This document shows, one piece after another, positions 42,301 through 54,532 of a stretch of 64,000 nucleotides of DNA (its first letter is position 1; each line of letters starts with the position of its first letter). Location: NCBI GenBank assembly GCA_002633005.1, contig NMRA01000035.1, positions 897,059 through 961,058 of the forward strand, in the 5' to 3' direction. The notes under the pieces were generated by a model. That model was not told the DNA's origin, made no database searches, and saw only the letters and a list, made by a program, of their open reading frames with translations. Source of the stretch: Phoronis australis. Lineage: Eukaryota > Animalia > Phoronida. Both the position numbers and the translations under genes were made by a program.

Positions 42301-45300
42301 TAGAAATATAGTAATGGTAGTATTCATCAGCAATATTGCATTATTCAAATCATACGAAGCAGCATTCATACCAATTATAACCGTAATACTGTTGATTTAT
42401 TACGTCTCATCTTCTGCTCTGAAAAAATTAGCAACATAGTTTCCATCAACTTTGATTTGCTAAGGCAATTTAGCTCCTCTAAACAGTGCTGACCAATAGT
42501 CACTTACAGTAGTCCCAGACTTTGAGACCCAGTATGATGCCTGTTATTCTATTAATGGTAAATTCTCATGCTTCACTAAAAATACTGTTAACATTAGGTT
42601 GTTTAACTTCCAAGTCATCTACAGTTTGTACACTAGACCTCTTGAATGTGGTATCACTTCTGAATATTACAACAAAACAAAACAGTTCATTCAAGTGCGA
42701 ACAACTTACAGTGGCATTTTCACCAATCCAAAAGTAAATCTCCCAATTCAAGCTGTTTGTTTCGTCGATGTACGTCTTCAATATGATGTAGCAGTCACCT
42801 TCATAGAATTTGCCGTGCATCACTGAAAAACAAAATGAGGTCAAGCTAATTAAAATTTCCACGGTCTTCACCAGATCTAAATAAGCATACTGTTATTGAT
42901 AATAACGAGTTTCTTATATTTCAGTAGGAAACTAAATATTCTGTTACTTACAGCTACAAACTCTTTTCCTAAGCTTTCTAAGGGGACACATACTTCTCTG
43001 TCAAGGATGAAAATGACGAAGCTATTGTTGAGCATCAAATGACCAAATTTTGCGGCCATGTGACATAAAGACCCGGCTAAACATTAAAATTAAAAGTGAC
43101 ATTTTTTCAGGAGAAAAAGCAACAAGATTTTAAAAAAGGAGAGCAACTATACATGGTGTTACCTTTAATAATGATGGCAGTCTGCACCCACACAATAATG
43201 TATCTGTAGGAGCATAAAATACTGATCACTAGTTATGCTGGAGAGACATGTCTCCCCAAAATAACCAGGGATGTGCATTGTTAGCAAACTTAACATCAAA
43301 AATTTGTTGCTTCTCTATTTAACCAGCATAAGCTCTGTTGACTCTGCTCCAGTCACTTACTAGGGTCAATTTCATTGGGCACAAAGTTTTCAATTTCCCA
43401 GACTGTGATGCCTGGGATTTGTCCCACATCGTCGTCAAATATGTCCGTGTAATCGAGATCTGGTCTCTTGAGCACTTCATCCCAACGCTTGGGCCTACAA
43501 CAAGTGAGAGGAATACCGGGTTATAAAAATGAACCCCGAAATTCAAATTCTGATGCAACCAGTTGTTCGGTTTCTCAGAACTGATACATAACGAACATCT
43601 CTTGATTAGTTTTAACTCCAGACAACAACCATTTCCAAATGCATAGATCAATCGGTAAAGTCTCACCAATTTAGGGAACAATATGGCGGAGCAGTGAAAT
43701 TTTACTGTCTCATTTCTTCATAAACAACTTATACTAAAATAGTGCTTTACCATATCCAAGTTGTGTACCAAATTACAATATCTTGAAAAAATTATGGGCT
43801 TTCCAAACAATGGTAGAACCCCTTTAAAAATGAGAAAATGCAACGCCGACCATTACTTTTGTACGAAATTGTTGATATTTTATCGTATTGATGACGCCAG
43901 CGGTTCTTGTAGAAATCTATTGTCAAAGTACAAGGTGTCATGGAATGGGTCAAGTTGATAACACACGGCATACACACCACAGCACTGACAGTGAAGTAAC
44001 AAGAAACATCAGAGAGAATTTATTTAAATCTACTGTTCTTACAAGTCACTTTTAGTATTAAAGTAGCCCAAATCCAAAAACGAAAGGCTATTTCCCCTAG
44101 TCTTGGCCTTATGTGCAATTGCCACCATGGCATCAGCTCAGGCGCTACAAGACCATACACCTTATACCATAATTCATTTAGAGTTTGTATTTTTAATGAA
44201 TGTTTGAAAAGAAGTTAAATTTACACTAGGGAGACTGTTTAGCTATTCCCCAAATCATACATTGAAAAAGCTCGTTAGGAACTGATGAAACTCACAGAAC
44301 AATACATTTTCAAAGCGCAGCTCTCACCTCATGGGGTGTTGTTCTTCATAGGTGTCAGGAGTCAGACCTTTGTCTTTTTCTGTAGCAATCTTTTTCATAC
44401 CCTAAAAACAATCAGTCATGTAAAAACTACTACACCACTCAAAACAGGTTTTCAAAAGACATTGAACTACTGCAAAAATTCATTACTTATACGAACAATA
44501 CGCCATGACAAAAATGACACTACCTTCAACACTTTATCGCTGTCATCTCCAACTTCTGAGTTATGTCGTCGATGAAACCTCCGCAGACGAGCTTCTTTGT
44601 CTTTTGGAGCTGAAACAGCACGGGCACACAAGTCAACTTAGAGATCAAAACAACAAGGTCACTTTTGGTTGGAAAACAGGACCGAAGTCATAGATAGAAC
44701 AACACCCTCGATGCCTCGAATTTCTATTAAGAGTATTTTGAAGTCACAAAATATGTCCACGACTGGGTCAGAAGATTCCAATTAAACAATAAAAATTGCC
44801 CTCTGGGTTAAAATGAGTTTCAATTCAGTCCAAAACCAGTCTGCAGAAGGTTCTATTTCAATTATATCATCCTTTTGTCAGATCAGTAACAAGGCATGCA
44901 TTGACATCATAGCAAGGTTGAATGGTGGCAGAAAACTGTACGTTAACAAGAAATTTCCATATCATTAGCCAAGATTCGCAAGTGTCTAGCAAGTGCCTTG
45001 CATTAGGGAACATGGGTAACTATTTTGAGAACATATTTTCTCCATTGAATAATGGGCATCAAACTGGTTCTCAAAATGTGGACACAAAAGGTTATTGAAA
45101 GACTCCCAATGGGTGAAAGTAGCGATGGTGGTGAGGTACCCTTAGCAAATTTTAGAAGCTCCACAATTAGCACAATACCCACCAGCACTGTGATCATCAA
45201 GGCTAGCTGGTGCAGCGCCAGCCAACTTGAGCTGGTTGTTGAGGGAGAAGTCGATGTTGTAGAACTCCTTGCCGGCCCCCACCTGCAGCTCTGGGGGTTT

Positions 45301-48300
45301 GGGAGGCATCTCGATGTCGGGGTTGTAGCGAACGTCCAGCACCTGGTACACAGAGGGCAGGTTAGGGACGGGGAAGCAGTTAGTTCACCGCTGAACCATG
45401 ACACACAAATAAGGTATCAAACTTTACTACACTGTACATAGAAACAGATATATTTTAAAGAAAATTCTCATTCTCGTAATATTGTGTTTTATTTCAAACT
45501 AATAGAAAGCACAAAAAACTTTTTGGATTTCAACAATCCAACATTCTATCAGACTTTTCAATCACACAAAACTGCCATGAAAAACCTTGACAAATAAATT
45601 TCCCAATATTATTCACTTCTGAATTTGCTTTTACATTTTTTACTCATTTCCTTGCCTACTCATTACTCACAATCATTACTGTGTGTCATGAGGAATATTC
45701 ATAAATTATGGAGGCCACCAATTTATCACTACTAAGCATGCTACGAACCATTCCAGCGTTAGGTCAGTGCCTACACATTAGTTATCTCAATGACATGTCA
45801 ACGAAAGTGAAAATCATGCACAACCCAGGATATATATATATATATATATTTACGGAGTAAGAGTTTTCTGCACCCGAATCGACTACATGCAATACAGGAA
45901 ATTGTATGCTAAGTAAGCTGATATTTGATTTCAGAGAGGTGAAACCAGTCTACTCACATCTGCGATAATCTGAACTACTGCTGAAATGAAATGCTCTACA
46001 GAATGTACATCTCCATCTCCAGGCCCTGCTGTATATAATCACTATCCCGCAACCTTTTGTGTATATGATATCTCTCGCTATTCGCAAAAAGGAATAACAA
46101 AATGTGTCTAAATAGATTCATCAGGATGTCCAATACATGAGTCAATACATTTCATGCCTTCCAGCCACAGATAAATTATGTCCAGCGACACCTAGTGGCA
46201 AAACATTACACTGATGAAGGCTTCAGCCATACCTGAGAAGCCGAAAATTTCTAGTATTTTTTTTGCAATTTATCTGTGGATGCAAAGCGTGAAATGTAAC
46301 ATTAATACCGTACCTCTAGTTCAGTCAGGTAGTGGTAAGCATCAGGTAGAGTGATGAGTCTGTTACAGTTGAGTATCAGCTTCTTTAGTTTACCACACCT
46401 GAAGCAGAAACAACAATGAGTAACACACAACAGTTTGCTTGACAGTAAATACAAGATGAGGCAACATGGTAACAGACAGCAGTTGAACAATATTTAGAAC
46501 AATTATTGTGCTTATATCAAACAACAATTGCCCCACAGCATATAAAGGGCTCACATCACTAAAAGGATTGGTGTGTCAGCACTCGTCTGATAAAACAGTT
46601 TATGGTACAAAAATTAAAACAGAAATCTACACCCCTGCTTGAACTCTTTTCAGTGACAATTCGAAATAAAGAGTGCATTCTTCCGATTGGCTCAAGGCTC
46701 ATTTTACTATTCAAAATGAATAGATTTTTGTGACACCTTCAATCATGTACTAAGGAGAGAGTTTAAAAAAACATGCTATTTTATTGCGGAAAAATTTCCG
46801 TCCCACTGCCAAATAATTCCGGCAAGAAGTTCATTCAAGTTTCAGAGAGAATGCCACAATTTGACCTAATTCATTTCAGAAACTATTGTACAAAAACCGA
46901 CCATCACTATCTACATGGCAAATAAATGGGGGGTAGTGCTGGTTCTGGAATGCGCAAACAGCTAGTTACAGACCTGCAGAGTCCCTCAGGAACCATCTCC
47001 AAGTTGTTGTTGGCTGCACTAAACACCTCCAGGTTGCCCAACTTGCCGATGCTGGCTGGAATACCCTCAAAGTCCAGCTGGTTACAGTTGGCATAGATCC
47101 TCTTCAAGTTGGACAACTTACTCAAGGATGGCTACAAAATCAATGGATATTCAGTAACCACGTTTAAATGAAGTTCCAGAGCAAGATTTACTGTCAGAAA
47201 TGTGTAAATGCCTATGGTTAGTAAAAAATCAGCACTGTAACTTCAGTCTTATAATCTTTAAGTTGCAAGAAAATTAAAACAGTGTGTGCTTCAAATAATG
47301 CCACTAGTTGTCAACTCAGAAGTCCTCTCACTTTGAGTAGTGTCTATAACATGGATGTAGGACAAACATTCATAAGAACACTTACGGGAAAGGCTGTCAG
47401 TTTGTTACGCGATATATTCAGCGTCTCAAGGCAAGTCCAGTGATCTGGAATGAAGGAAGAGCCAATGATCTTGCCTCTAAGGAAAGCAGCAATGCATTAA
47501 ACACAAGACAAGGAATAGTTGATGACTATTATAGAACCCTTCTCATTCCGTCAATGTGTACTTGAAATTTACACATTATGCAACTATTAACACATTTAGT
47601 TACAATAACTGATCTGATGTGTCTCCGTAAACTTACCTATTACTAATGACAACTCTGTGATACAGTTGTCACTCAGGTTAAGTCTTTTCAAGGACTTCAG
47701 CTGATACAGAGCCTCTGGCACCCGGGGTAGGTCATTGTATGACAGGTCAAGATCTAAGGATGAACAAGCAATAAATGAGAGCGGCTTCAATAAAGAACAG
47801 GGCAAGATCTTAAAAAAATCAATCTGAAATGGGAAAGGAACAAATGCAGGGATATTTGAACTTCTGTAAACAAATTCCAATTCCACAACTTCGTGTCTAA
47901 CTAATGAACTAAAATAACAAACATTAATCATTTGAAGAATTAAAATGATGTGTCTACAATCCTGTACAAATTTTGACCACTGGAATCCATCTTGTACAAA
48001 TTCTTAACTTACAAACAACAATGCAACGAGCCCTAGATACCTTATGACAGCAAAAATTCATCAATATGGGACAGAATAAATTGCAGTTGTCATTCTTATT
48101 TTCAATGGCTTGCAGCAATATTAGATAAGGTCACAACTTTACTTAACAACATTTGGAGCCAACTGCCACATGTAAATCATGCAAATAGACTAAAAATTTC
48201 TCAATTGTATAGAATAAGACCCCACTTGTTTGTCATGCTGTGTCCTCAACCAAATAGTCTTTACAATAAATAGCGACAAATACGTTCTCAGATTCCAATT

Positions 48301-51300
48301 TGTTTATGTCAGTCTATAATACATATCAAGCTTATCAATTTCTACCCACCAGATAGACTTGTCAGTGTGTCCAGGCCAGCAGGAAAATTACCCACAGTCC
48401 TCTGGGTGTTTCTCATGTTAAGTGTTTGCAGTGACGTCAAAGCAGGAAGTTGGCTGAAATGACAAGCACGTACTTCAGGACCATGTACTCAGACAAATTA
48501 CTATTCAAGCTTTGAAGTTGACAATGAACGTAGATGCAATAAAACCATCTTATTAATCACAAAAACAAACTTAGTCTCAGTACTGAATAGCGTTTACAAC
48601 ACAAATCACCAAATACGTCAGTGACGCTAGTTCACATGTACAACAGGCTAAATAGCAGCAATAACTTTCCCCATCTTAACCTGTTTTACTGAAGTAAATG
48701 GAACACCAGGGCCCAAAGTTATACGCTGCATAGCAACAATGACATCGCACTATCATGCACCACGATGTTCTTGTTAAACAATGCACCTGACGTCATGCAA
48801 CAATCAAACTTATCCAGCGGATAATTTTAAGTTTTATGCAACCCTGCCCGGGTGGATAACTACCCAAAATATTTCATTAACTTAGTACATAACTAAAGAC
48901 CTTAGACACCGTTATTTCATAATGTGGTTCTAGTGATCATAAAGTAATAACCGGGCACTGTTAATACGCAACCCAGCTGCTCAAGTACGACTTTCTTGTG
49001 AATGGACGCACCGTAACTGAGCATGTAACATAGGATTATTGTTCAGGATCAGAGTTTCAATGTTGACCAGTCGTCTCATTTGCGGAGGCAACGTTTCTGA
49101 AAAAACACAGCAAATAGACAATCAAATACTAGTTTCCAAAGCACTAGTTCCAAGCAGCATTATTGGGGGAAAATGTGATTTCCTGAGATAAGTCTCAGCG
49201 CGGAACTGATCCAGCAACTGCTGAGACAATCTAATGCTCAGCAGGCAGAGCTGAATCCCACTTGATAAATGGCCGAGTGTTTTAAGTGTATTTAACGGGC
49301 AAAGTGGCTGGCCTTGATTTCAGTGAATGTCTGGCAGACAGCGATGAGAATTGGAAATACGCCGTACAAAAAACACAACGAATTTTGTTGTTTTATAATT
49401 CTGATCGAAGCCAATAACCTCAAGAAATCTATTTCATCCAACAATTATCTGGAAAATGCGTTTTTGGCCGAATAACAGATGTTTCTTTAAATGACTGAAG
49501 AGGCAGCGTTCCGTAAAATTTGATTAAACTGTCAATTCCACAGAAAACTATTTTCACAGACAAGATCCTGAGCAAATCTTCATTATTGTCATAACAGTCG
49601 ATTATGTGACAAACGTCCTGAAAGGTATGGCATACAACTGATCTAAATTTTCCAACAATAGCAACCCAATCTTACCTAATTTATTATCACTTAGGTCCAA
49701 GAAAAGCAAATCCGTCAAGTTGACAAACAGCTGGTTAGGTATGCTATCAATTCTGAAAAAATTAACAAAATTCACTGACTGGCATTCAACTTCATTTCAA
49801 AATGGCGTATTTTAATCTCAAGATAACTCAACAATCCACAAACTCCAAGACCTTTTTCTTAAATATACAAATGCCCATGATCTTTTATCATTATAAGGAC
49901 ACATTCCAAGTTCTAAGAAGAGAGGAATATTCCTGTTATACTAACGAGTTATGACTGAGATTGAGCACCAGCAACGACTTTGCATTCTCCAGGTCTTCGG
50001 GGATAGCAGTCAACTCATTGTGACTTAGATCCTGAAAGCAGTGACGTGCATCAGTCAACAGTGTACTAGAAAGCATTGAAAACATTTTATGCTTATTTAT
50101 ACTATAGCCTTAAAATTGCTTAGAAAGTGTGCAACACTGGATTCAATAGCTACAAATAAGCAATATATTTTTCATAATTCTGGACTAAAACATGGATAGG
50201 ATAAAGGTGAAAAATTTCTTGCGTGAGAAAATAAATAAAATGATGTCAAATTTTACCGTTACACAATCGAGCGAAAATTTTTCTGAAATTATCTACAGGC
50301 ACAATTGTCCGTTATTTGATACAACCTAAAACTTATGCATTTATCTTTACTCGGCCCTAGAGAAAGGTGTCACCATTTTCGTGTCACCAGATGTCCCGAA
50401 GAAATTTGGTTATTAAAAATTAATACACTGCAGAAATTGCAATCATTGAGGCAACCACTGACCAGTTCACAGAGGTCCTCTAATGAAAAGATGTCGTTGG
50501 GGACTCCGCAGTTCTTGATGTTGTTATAGCGACAGTTTATGCTACGGAGATTGGGAAGTGTTGACAGATCACCGTAGATACTTTTCAGGTCATTGCGGAC
50601 CATTGAGATGTGCTCCTGTGAATGAATTTATAAGACATATAGATACCCAGAAACAACACGAGACCATATATCGCACTTCATTGGATCAGCGTAAACAAAT
50701 ACAATTTCAAAATTTTATAACAGCATTAAACTCATAAACATTTCTGTGGGATGATTAAAAAAAGCCCATCCCACTGCATGCATTCTATAGTATTCTCACT
50801 AAACTCAATGCTTATTGAACATCAACAGCGCGAATGCAGAACTTGAAATAGAACAAAACAGCCAAAATGATCACGTCTGTCAAAACGACACAGTTCCACA
50901 CAATTCCTACCAGCTTTTTCAAACTTCCCAGCTCACACGGCAACTCGCCAAGATTGACCCTGTTCAGCCTTAGCCATCTAAGCCCAGTCATATCACCCAC
51001 CTGGGTGGGGAAGCTGTCCTGAAAACAAACAGATATTCAACGTTGACTGTTTGTCAAGAGCCTTGATAAGGTTCGATTATACTTACAATCACAAATGAAT
51101 TTCTATTTGTATTCTCCCAATGAAACTTCATATTCATCATAAGACCCACCCCTTTCTAAATTTCTATATTTAAATGTTAATACTCGGTTACACGTGCTCC
51201 CATAATTTATACAGTTGCTGGGACTACTAGTTACTTGTTAGCATTTGTGATAATTCATGTTGCACAAGCAACACATTGTCTACATTCTGTCTACTTTTTA

Positions 51301-52262
51301 TTAACCTATTCTCTGGTCAATACTTACTAACCCAAATTGGCAGTCAGGGTCAATGTCTACAACTTTTAACACTGCGTATGGCAAGAGGTATAACATCATA
51401 TCTGTTGGCGTGCTCAGTATAAGAATGGCCAGTTACCAATTTTGGGAACTGAACGAGGAATTGCTTGAAGAAAAAGTTTGATAATGGAAGTATTGCTTCG
51501 AGTTGGATGGAATTGAATACATCAACGGCCTCCTAAGGTGTCCCTCTATGTGCAAAAGGTATTTATAACGTGACTTTAATGTTTTAGTCAGTGTGAGGCA
51601 CAATTCGCCGAAAAGCTTCCAGCGTATGAAACTCTTATAGGAGCTCCACCGTCTCTAGTCTGCTAGAGACGGGGTGGTCACTGTCTATGTGTTCATGTGT
51701 GTTGAGCTGCTAAATGTACCGAGTGAAGTTGATGACCTGAATGAGAGACAACCTGGTGTTCACCTTCGTGGTGGCGCACTTGCTCCATTGGAAAAGGGGG
51801 AATATTGTAGATGTGATTCCAGTGAATCATATGAGCCTATGTTAGCCACTCGCCTACACGACAAGGCACAACTAAACACTAAAACAGGCAATTGCTGAAT
51901 GGTTAGCATGCTCAGCGGTTTCATCAGGGTGGTTGGTTCACTTCCTGGGTTGGGTAATCTCGACTACTACTACAGTTTCAAAGATCGTGCTTATTACTGC
52001 CAAATAATCTTGATACATACGAATGATTACAATGAATGGAAATGACAACCAACAACAAGTTTTCAACACAGCAACGCCCGCGGTGGGTTGGGTCGGACAT
52101 TTTTTGTTTACAAAAAAAAAATAAGAAAAACAATAGATATATTATATAAGGACGTGGGAAAAAGTGAGAAACGCTCATTAAGCGTCAACTGAGACTTACT
52201 TCAAACTCATTTCTTGTCAAATCTATTCCCCGAACAAACGGAAGTACACCCGTGGAAGCCAT
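30364..52262 (-). CDS. FLII: Protein flightless-1 homolog (N-terminal LRRs + six gelsolin-like domains), complete, about 1239 aa
   Basis: 32 GT-AG exons summing to 3720 nt in frame: 52200-52262 ([21 protein letters not shown]), 50911-51018, 50463-50615, 49946-50031, 49676-49752, 49012-49096, 48350-48453, 47637-47753, 47386-47444, 46974-47131, 46314-46398, 45183-45342, 44524-44609, 44328-44401, 43361-43494, 42710-42822, 42107-42292, 41624-41680, 41055-41170, 40487-40613, 39821-39905, 39163-39250, 37936-38049, 37042-37150, 36526-36609, 36063-36159, 35272-35455, 34195-34449, 33644-33767, 32792-32974, 31803-31916, 30364-30498 ([16 protein letters not shown]). Hallmark FLII motifs: [71 protein letters not shown]. 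Confidence 0.97.
37382..37966. repeat. 53-bp minisatellite, 11 copies, overlapping the 3' end of FLII exon 23
   Basis: Unit cacgtcactattcaacctacccctccatacacctggccactaaggagtaagca; anchor at 37401 + 53n up to 37931. Confidence 0.95.
39465..39540. repeat. (AATC)n/(GGTC)n compound microsatellite
   Basis: Directly visible tetranucleotide repeats in a FLII intron. Confidence 0.9.
51405..51660 (+). mobile_element. Dispersed repeat of about 250 bp, copy 2 (FLII intron 1)
   Basis: Matches 24745-25000 in the same orientation. Confidence 0.8.
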
Positions 52263-52620
52263 TGCTTCCGGTGTATTGTGGGTAATTTAAGAAAACAGTC
52301 TTCAAAAGTTAATACTTTAATTGTTATAAATTACTTAAGCTATGTAAAAAAAAAGAAAAATAACTAAAAATAATAAATAAAAATGTAATTAATCATGAAA
52401 GTATGCTTATTTTGCTAAAAATATTTGTTTTGAGGTCTAATTTTGAACTACATTGAAGTGAGAACCATATAACAGGACCTGACTATCTATTTTTATTTTC
52501 AAAGTGAAGAAGGAAGTGGTGATTGATCTGGACAGTCCCTCTCTACTGTGACACTGTCACTGTGTCCATTTTGCTTCGACGCTATTGGGAACACTTCTTT
52601 TCAAATCCTGTTAGTACCAT
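52263..52620. promoter_or_regulatory. Probable bidirectional promoter region for FLII (-) and the MIEF-like gene (+)
   Basis: The divergent start codons are only about 1 kb apart (52262 and 53282). ETS-type motifs: CTTCCGG at about 52265 and AGGAAGT at about 52511. A candidate plus-strand donor GTTAGT at about 52610 could pair with the acceptor TTTGCAG ending at 53269. Confidence 0.5.
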
Positions 52621-53281
52621 AGTTTTGTGTGATATATTTCTCTGGTCTACTTAGTCTAAATTTCCATTTATAATCCTTGTTCAACAAATGGAATCTCATC
52701 CTCAGAGGTCCGCTCAGCTGCACGGTCACTTAGACTTAGTACTTGTGGACATCACACGTATGGCTGTGACGGGCACTTTTAATCAGCCGCTCGATGGTTT
52801 ACTATAATAAAGAGACAGCCTCTTTATAACGGTAGTGTATCAAACGACTATCAAGAGTGCCTGTGTCGTGCTCAGAGTAATTGATTTAGAACTCCCACAA
52901 CGGCATCACTGCCACTGGCTCTGAGTCTGACCTGCTGACTGGTCATTCTCATGTTTTTGTCCCGTCCATCATCAGATGTCCCCTTCTCTACTAAGTAACA
53001 CTAGCAGTAAAGGGTTTGATGGATGTTTGGGAACGTTTTCAAGTTCATAGATGAGATGGCAAAATCATATTTTTAAGGGATTGGACTACTGTAGGCATCA
53101 CCGTCATCATGTAGCTTCACTTGTTTAAACATGTTGCATTAATACTCCTGTTTGCAACCTGACACGATCATCACCTTCTAGAATAACATTTTTATTTAGC
53201 TGACATTATACACTTCAGTTGAACGAGTGTCAAGCTTATTGATTTGATAGTGTTCATGTGACTTTGCAGATGTAATTGAGC

Positions 53282-54532
53282 ATGGCAACGTCTAAAGATA
53301 GAAAAGAAAGTGGAGCGAAAGGTTCGAGTTTTCTGGGATTTGCTGGAGGATTGGCTATAGGTGCAGCTGCACTCTACGGGGCTTATAAACTTATCAAAAC
53401 CCAGTTTGGATACGATAACAACAAAGATTCCAATAATGTGGAGAGTGAAATTGAGTCGTTCCGCACATGCTCAAAGCATGGAGGTAAAACTGGTAAAAAG
53501 CTTGAAACATATGAAAAGGAGGAAAATCTTGGCGATGCTCTCCTCAGGTATTATAACGATTACGTTGATGTTTCTACACAAGATGTTGAAGATGCGGACA
53601 CCGTTGTTGAGACATTCACAGAGATTTTGACATTGTTTTTAAAAAATCACTGTCCTAAGTTACGATTTCATCAAATCTACAAGGGCAGTTCACAAGAGTT
53701 ACACGCAGTAGAAGCTGACCGATACACTCTTATGCTGCCTTTATTTCTGGACAAGGACATATGGACTGTTGTGGATGGTGCCTATACACTACACAATACA
53801 CCAGAGTTTTGGCTTGTGAAAAGAATCAACACAGAATTCTTCGAAGTGGGCAATTGCTTGTGGGATGACTGCTGCGTTGGTGACTATCTCTCACCAGTTA
53901 AAGTGAGAAGAGCTCTCCGTAGTGCATTGCAGAAAGCTCTCATAGACTGGACTGCCAAATATCAGATGTCATTTTCACTGTGGGGTCAAGGATCCAACAC
54001 AACAGCTCTGGTGGAGTATGGCGACAGTAAGAAACTATACATAGAATTGTTACCCTTGGTTGTTACTGATAATGTCTGCATTGTTGCCAAGCCTCATCCA
54101 CGTGTGGCAACTAACGTATCGTTTGAAAATCTGTGGATGCAGTCTTACCATGACTGTGAGAACAGAGCAATTTGTGACATGGACAAAGAGGATTCTGGTT
54201 GTCGAGTAAAGTGCTTGAAAATTTGCAGAGGGGTTTACTTGAATAACCCTGCGCTGCAAGTGGTGGATTTTGAAGTGTTCATCACTGTTCTGTTCATGCT
54301 AAATTACAGACAAGCCGTATGGAGAGAAGTTGATTTAGCAGACAGGTTTAAGGACATGTTTCAGTTGCTCGAAAGCACACTGAGGTCTGGTTATCTGAAA
54401 AGTTTCTTTGGTTCCGGTCGTAATGTGATTGAAGGGTGTCACAGAAGTGACTTAGAAAATATGCTGTGTTATCTTAATGGTGTGATATCTCGCAATAAGT
54501 ATTTGGTGCTATTAAAATCTCAACAATACTAG
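53282..54532 (+). CDS. MIEF1/MIEF2: Mitochondrial dynamics protein MiD49/MiD51-like (N-terminal TM anchor + inactive Mab-21/NTase fold), single coding exon, 416 aa
   Basis: Uninterrupted ORF with ATG at 53282 (GAGCATGG) after an acceptor at 53269. TM segment [19 protein letters not shown] followed by K. Collinear matches to human MiD51 as recalled: LLRYY/[133 protein letters not shown], LADRF. Confidence 0.9.
   Translation: [416 protein letters not shown]

Noticed and set aside
52400-53270. altMiD51/L0R8F8-type LYR microprotein upstream of the MIEF-like ORF
   Set aside because: The only notable uORF I found (ATG at about 52688, 39 aa, MESHPQRSAQ...) has no LYR motif and probably lies in the 5' UTR intron.
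53276-54532. Active cGAS-like receptor (cGLR)/CD-NTase immune enzyme
   Set aside because: It lacks the [DE]h[DE] catalytic pair, has an N-terminal TM anchor, and matches MiD49/51-specific motifs along its whole length.
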